DNA from: Paramicrosporidium saccamoebae KSL3
Lineage: Eukaryota; Fungi; Cryptomycota
NCBI GenBank assembly: GCA_002794465.1
Contig: MTSL01000074.1
Span: forward strand, 19,118 to 26,593
Direction of reading: 5' to 3'
Length of the DNA stretch: 7,476 bases
Shown here: positions 5,463 through 7,476 of the stretch, piece after piece
How the letters are laid out: every line of letters begins with the position of its first letter
How positions within the stretch are numbered: the first letter of the stretch is position 1
Notes under the pieces: model-generated
What the model saw: the letters and a program-made list of their open reading frames with translations, nothing else
Databases searched by the model: none
Told to the model about the DNA's origin: nothing
Made by a program: the position numbers and the translations under genes

Positions 5463-7126
5463 ATGGCCGGGAAACGGGCAGCGACGAGTAAAATTTCCAA
5501 AGACCACCCGGACGCTGAAACCTCCAGCGACGAGGACAACAAGAAAATGGGTGGATTGGTGTCAGAAAGAAAGTACGAGGGACTGTAATGTTAATGCGTA
5601 GAGTTTCGAGGCCTGGAAAGCGGCCTGGGAGGACGATGGCAGTTAAGAGCAACCCGTTTGCAGTGCTGCAAGAAAAGCCAGATTATGAGCTGCAGTTACG
5701 CGGCCTGAACCACTCGTTTGGTGAATCGCTTAGGAAAAGGTTGGAAAGTGATCCTACTGCGGATTTGACGACCTTGTGGAAGCAGTACGAGAAGCATTTG
5801 GAGAGTATCAAAATTAAATGCGGCAAGATGGAAAAGCCAGTTCCAAATGTGGGTTCAGGTTTGAGTGCTGCACCGGCAATAGCAAGTGGCGGATTTACTT
5901 TTCCAGCCTCAGAGGCTGTCAAGCCTGTCACTGCCGCGGAACCATCAGTACCATTTGCCTCAATGGCAGCAGTAACGAAAGAGTCACTTGGGGCTGCCAA
6001 GAGTGAGACTACCGCTAGTAATGCGGTTGAAACTAGCAAGCCAGCTGGATTTTCTTTCGGATCGACAGCGGTAGGACCCACCGGTTTTTCTTTTGGGGCT
6101 AAACCCACTGAATCATCGAGTTTCTCTTTCGGGGCCAAGCCCACTGAATCCACAGATTTCTCTTTCGGGGCCAAACCCACGGAATCGACGGGCTTTTCTT
6201 TTGGTGCTAAACCCACTGAATCAACAAGCTTTTCTTTTGGTGCAAAGTCCACTGAATCGTCAAGTTTCTCTTTTGGTACCAAGCCCGCCGAGTCATCGGG
6301 TTTTTCTTTTGGTGCCCAGCCTACTGAATCTGACAAGTCCCCTTTCGTTGACACTAAAAATACCGAGACTACACCTTTGGCAGAGCCCATTTCATCTAGT
6401 GCCAAACCCACTGGCTCTTCTGATGCCAAGCCGACAGAATTATTTTCATTTGGAGTAAAACCCACAGAAGCAGCATCTTTTGGAGTTCCATCCACAACAT
6501 CATTTTCATTTGGAGCCAAACCAACCGAGACTTTTGATAAACCTGCCACGACTGCGTCTGGAACAACTCAATTCTCCTTCTCGACTCCATTTTCTTTCAA
6601 TGCCAATGCCCAGCCGTTTGAACCCAAGACCGAGGATGTAAAGCCATTTCAATTCTCATTTGGAGCCCCACAGCCATCATTTGGAACACCAGCGCAACAA
6701 ACTGTCGATCTGACGGGCGATGATGAGGGCATTCCCTCTGGAGAGGAGGAGAGCTTCACTAATGTTCGAACCAATATGGATCTCATCACAACGGGTGCTG
6801 GAGAGGAGGATGAAGAGACGCTTGCTGCGGAACGATGCAAGTTGTTTGCATTTTCAGGTGGCTGGACTGATCTTGGGGTGTGCATTTTTAAGATTAACAA
6901 GCGATCGGATGGCCGGAGTCGGGTGCTTGCTCGAGTGGAAGGTAGCGGAAAGATTCTGTTGAATTCGTGGATTGAAAAGAGCGTGCAAGTAGAATGGATT
7001 GAAGGAAAGAAGGAATTCAGTCTAATTTGTGTTAGTCAGGACGGAAAGCCCGCTAAATACCTTGTCCGTTGCAAGGAAGCCGATTTAGCTAAAAAATTAT
7101 CTGAAGAGTTAAAGTCGCTAATTTAG
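5463..7126 (+). CDS. NUP2: Nup2/Nup50-type mobile FG nucleoporin, about 544 aa; join(5463..5572,5602..7126)
   Basis: The spliced N-terminus MAGKRAATSKISKD...ERKVSRPGKR resembles the NUP50 importin-alpha-binding region. Next come the Nup2/Nup50-type motif YELQLRGLNHSF...DPTADLTTLWKQYEKHL, many FSFG repeats, and a C-terminal RanBP1-type domain GEEDEETLAAERCKLFAF...WTDLGVCIFKIN...SRVLARVEGSGKILLN. Unspliced exon 1 stops at TAA inside the intron. Confidence 0.9.
5573..5601 (+). other. Spliceosomal intron, 29 nt
   Basis: Sequence GTACGAGGGACTGTAATGTTAATGCGTAG, phase 2. AA|A gives Lys in frame with the 5588..7126 ORF. Confidence 0.88.
6086..6337 (+). repeat. Coding tandem repeat, 7 x 36 nt (12-aa unit FSFGAKPTES[S/T][S/G/D])
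   Basis: Units begin every 36 nt from 6086 to 6302. The amino-acid unit is conserved while third codon positions vary. Confidence 0.92.
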
Positions 7127-7476
7127 CGACTCTATGAATAGTAGTTTAGTTGAGGTGATGGGTAATCAATTGTCTCGTCATCTCGAGCCTAGTAGATTCG
7201 TTATCCATGATCGGTTGCTCATTATTCGTTAATATAATTTATTCAATCCCTTGATCATAGAAAGGTTTGGTGGAAGGCGCAGTGGGTTATAGTGGTCACG
7301 TAGTGGGGAAGAGACGGAAAGAGAATTTGTTCACTGTTAATCCGACGGCCTACTCCTAGTTCCACAAATAAAATACTGATAATCCTAAAGTGTGTCTATA
7401 TCAACCTCCCACTCTATCGCACAATTGTGACGTAGAAGACTGATTAGTATGTCTTTTGGAAATAGTTCTCTAGTTT

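Noticed and set aside
4939-5652. Minus-strand ORFs 4939..5391 and 5410..5652
   Set aside because: They are antisense to the LRR and NUP2 genes.
6086-6337. The 36-nt periodicity as a possible CRISPR array or minisatellite
   Set aside because: There are no unique spacers, the units are contiguous and in frame, and the variation is concentrated at synonymous sites, so it is a coding repeat.
5683-6549. 288-aa antisense ORF with EKPVDSVGLAPK repeats, and the other short ORFs inside NUP2
   Set aside because: It is the codon-aligned mirror of the FSFG repeat region, and its periodicity is fully explained by the sense strand.
7134-7232. Short + ORF containing MGNQLS (myristoylation-like start at 7158)
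   Set aside because: It is only 24-32 codons, lies directly in the NUP2 3' region, and I found no intron that extends it.
7385-7476. Possible gene fragments at the right edge: minus-strand ...TRELFPKDILISLLRHNCAIEWEVDIDTL-stop (7474-7385), or a + strand start MSFGNSSLV at 7449
   Set aside because: The two readings are mutually exclusive, too short, and cut by the window edge. Flanking sequence is needed.

Overview
A very compact eukaryotic locus. My inference is a fungal-related, microsporidia/Rozellomycota-like genome, but the taxon cannot be proven from this window. It opens with four tRNA genes arranged as two divergent tandem pairs: Arg(CCT)-Arg(CCG) on the minus strand with a 7-nt spacer, and Ser(GCT)-Cys(GCA) on the plus strand with a 2-nt spacer. 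Each pair has a T-run terminator only after its second gene, and both carry TGGGCC at exactly -20..-15. Six protein genes follow: a Vip1/BPA1-like RRM protein (-), a Serinc/TMS1 membrane protein (-), a MOZART1/Mzt1 gene absent from the ORF track (+), a C-terminal SH3 protein (-), a BC-box-like/LRR protein (+) and a Nup2/Nup50 FG-nucleoporin (+). Four genes need a 29-34 nt GTA...TAG intron near the 5' end to be complete, and the SH3 gene probably needs an intron too, so the ORF-track starts are mostly wrong. Some intergenic gaps are only 25-79 bp. No mobile element, CRISPR array or rRNA was found. All homology calls come from recalled family motifs, not database searches.
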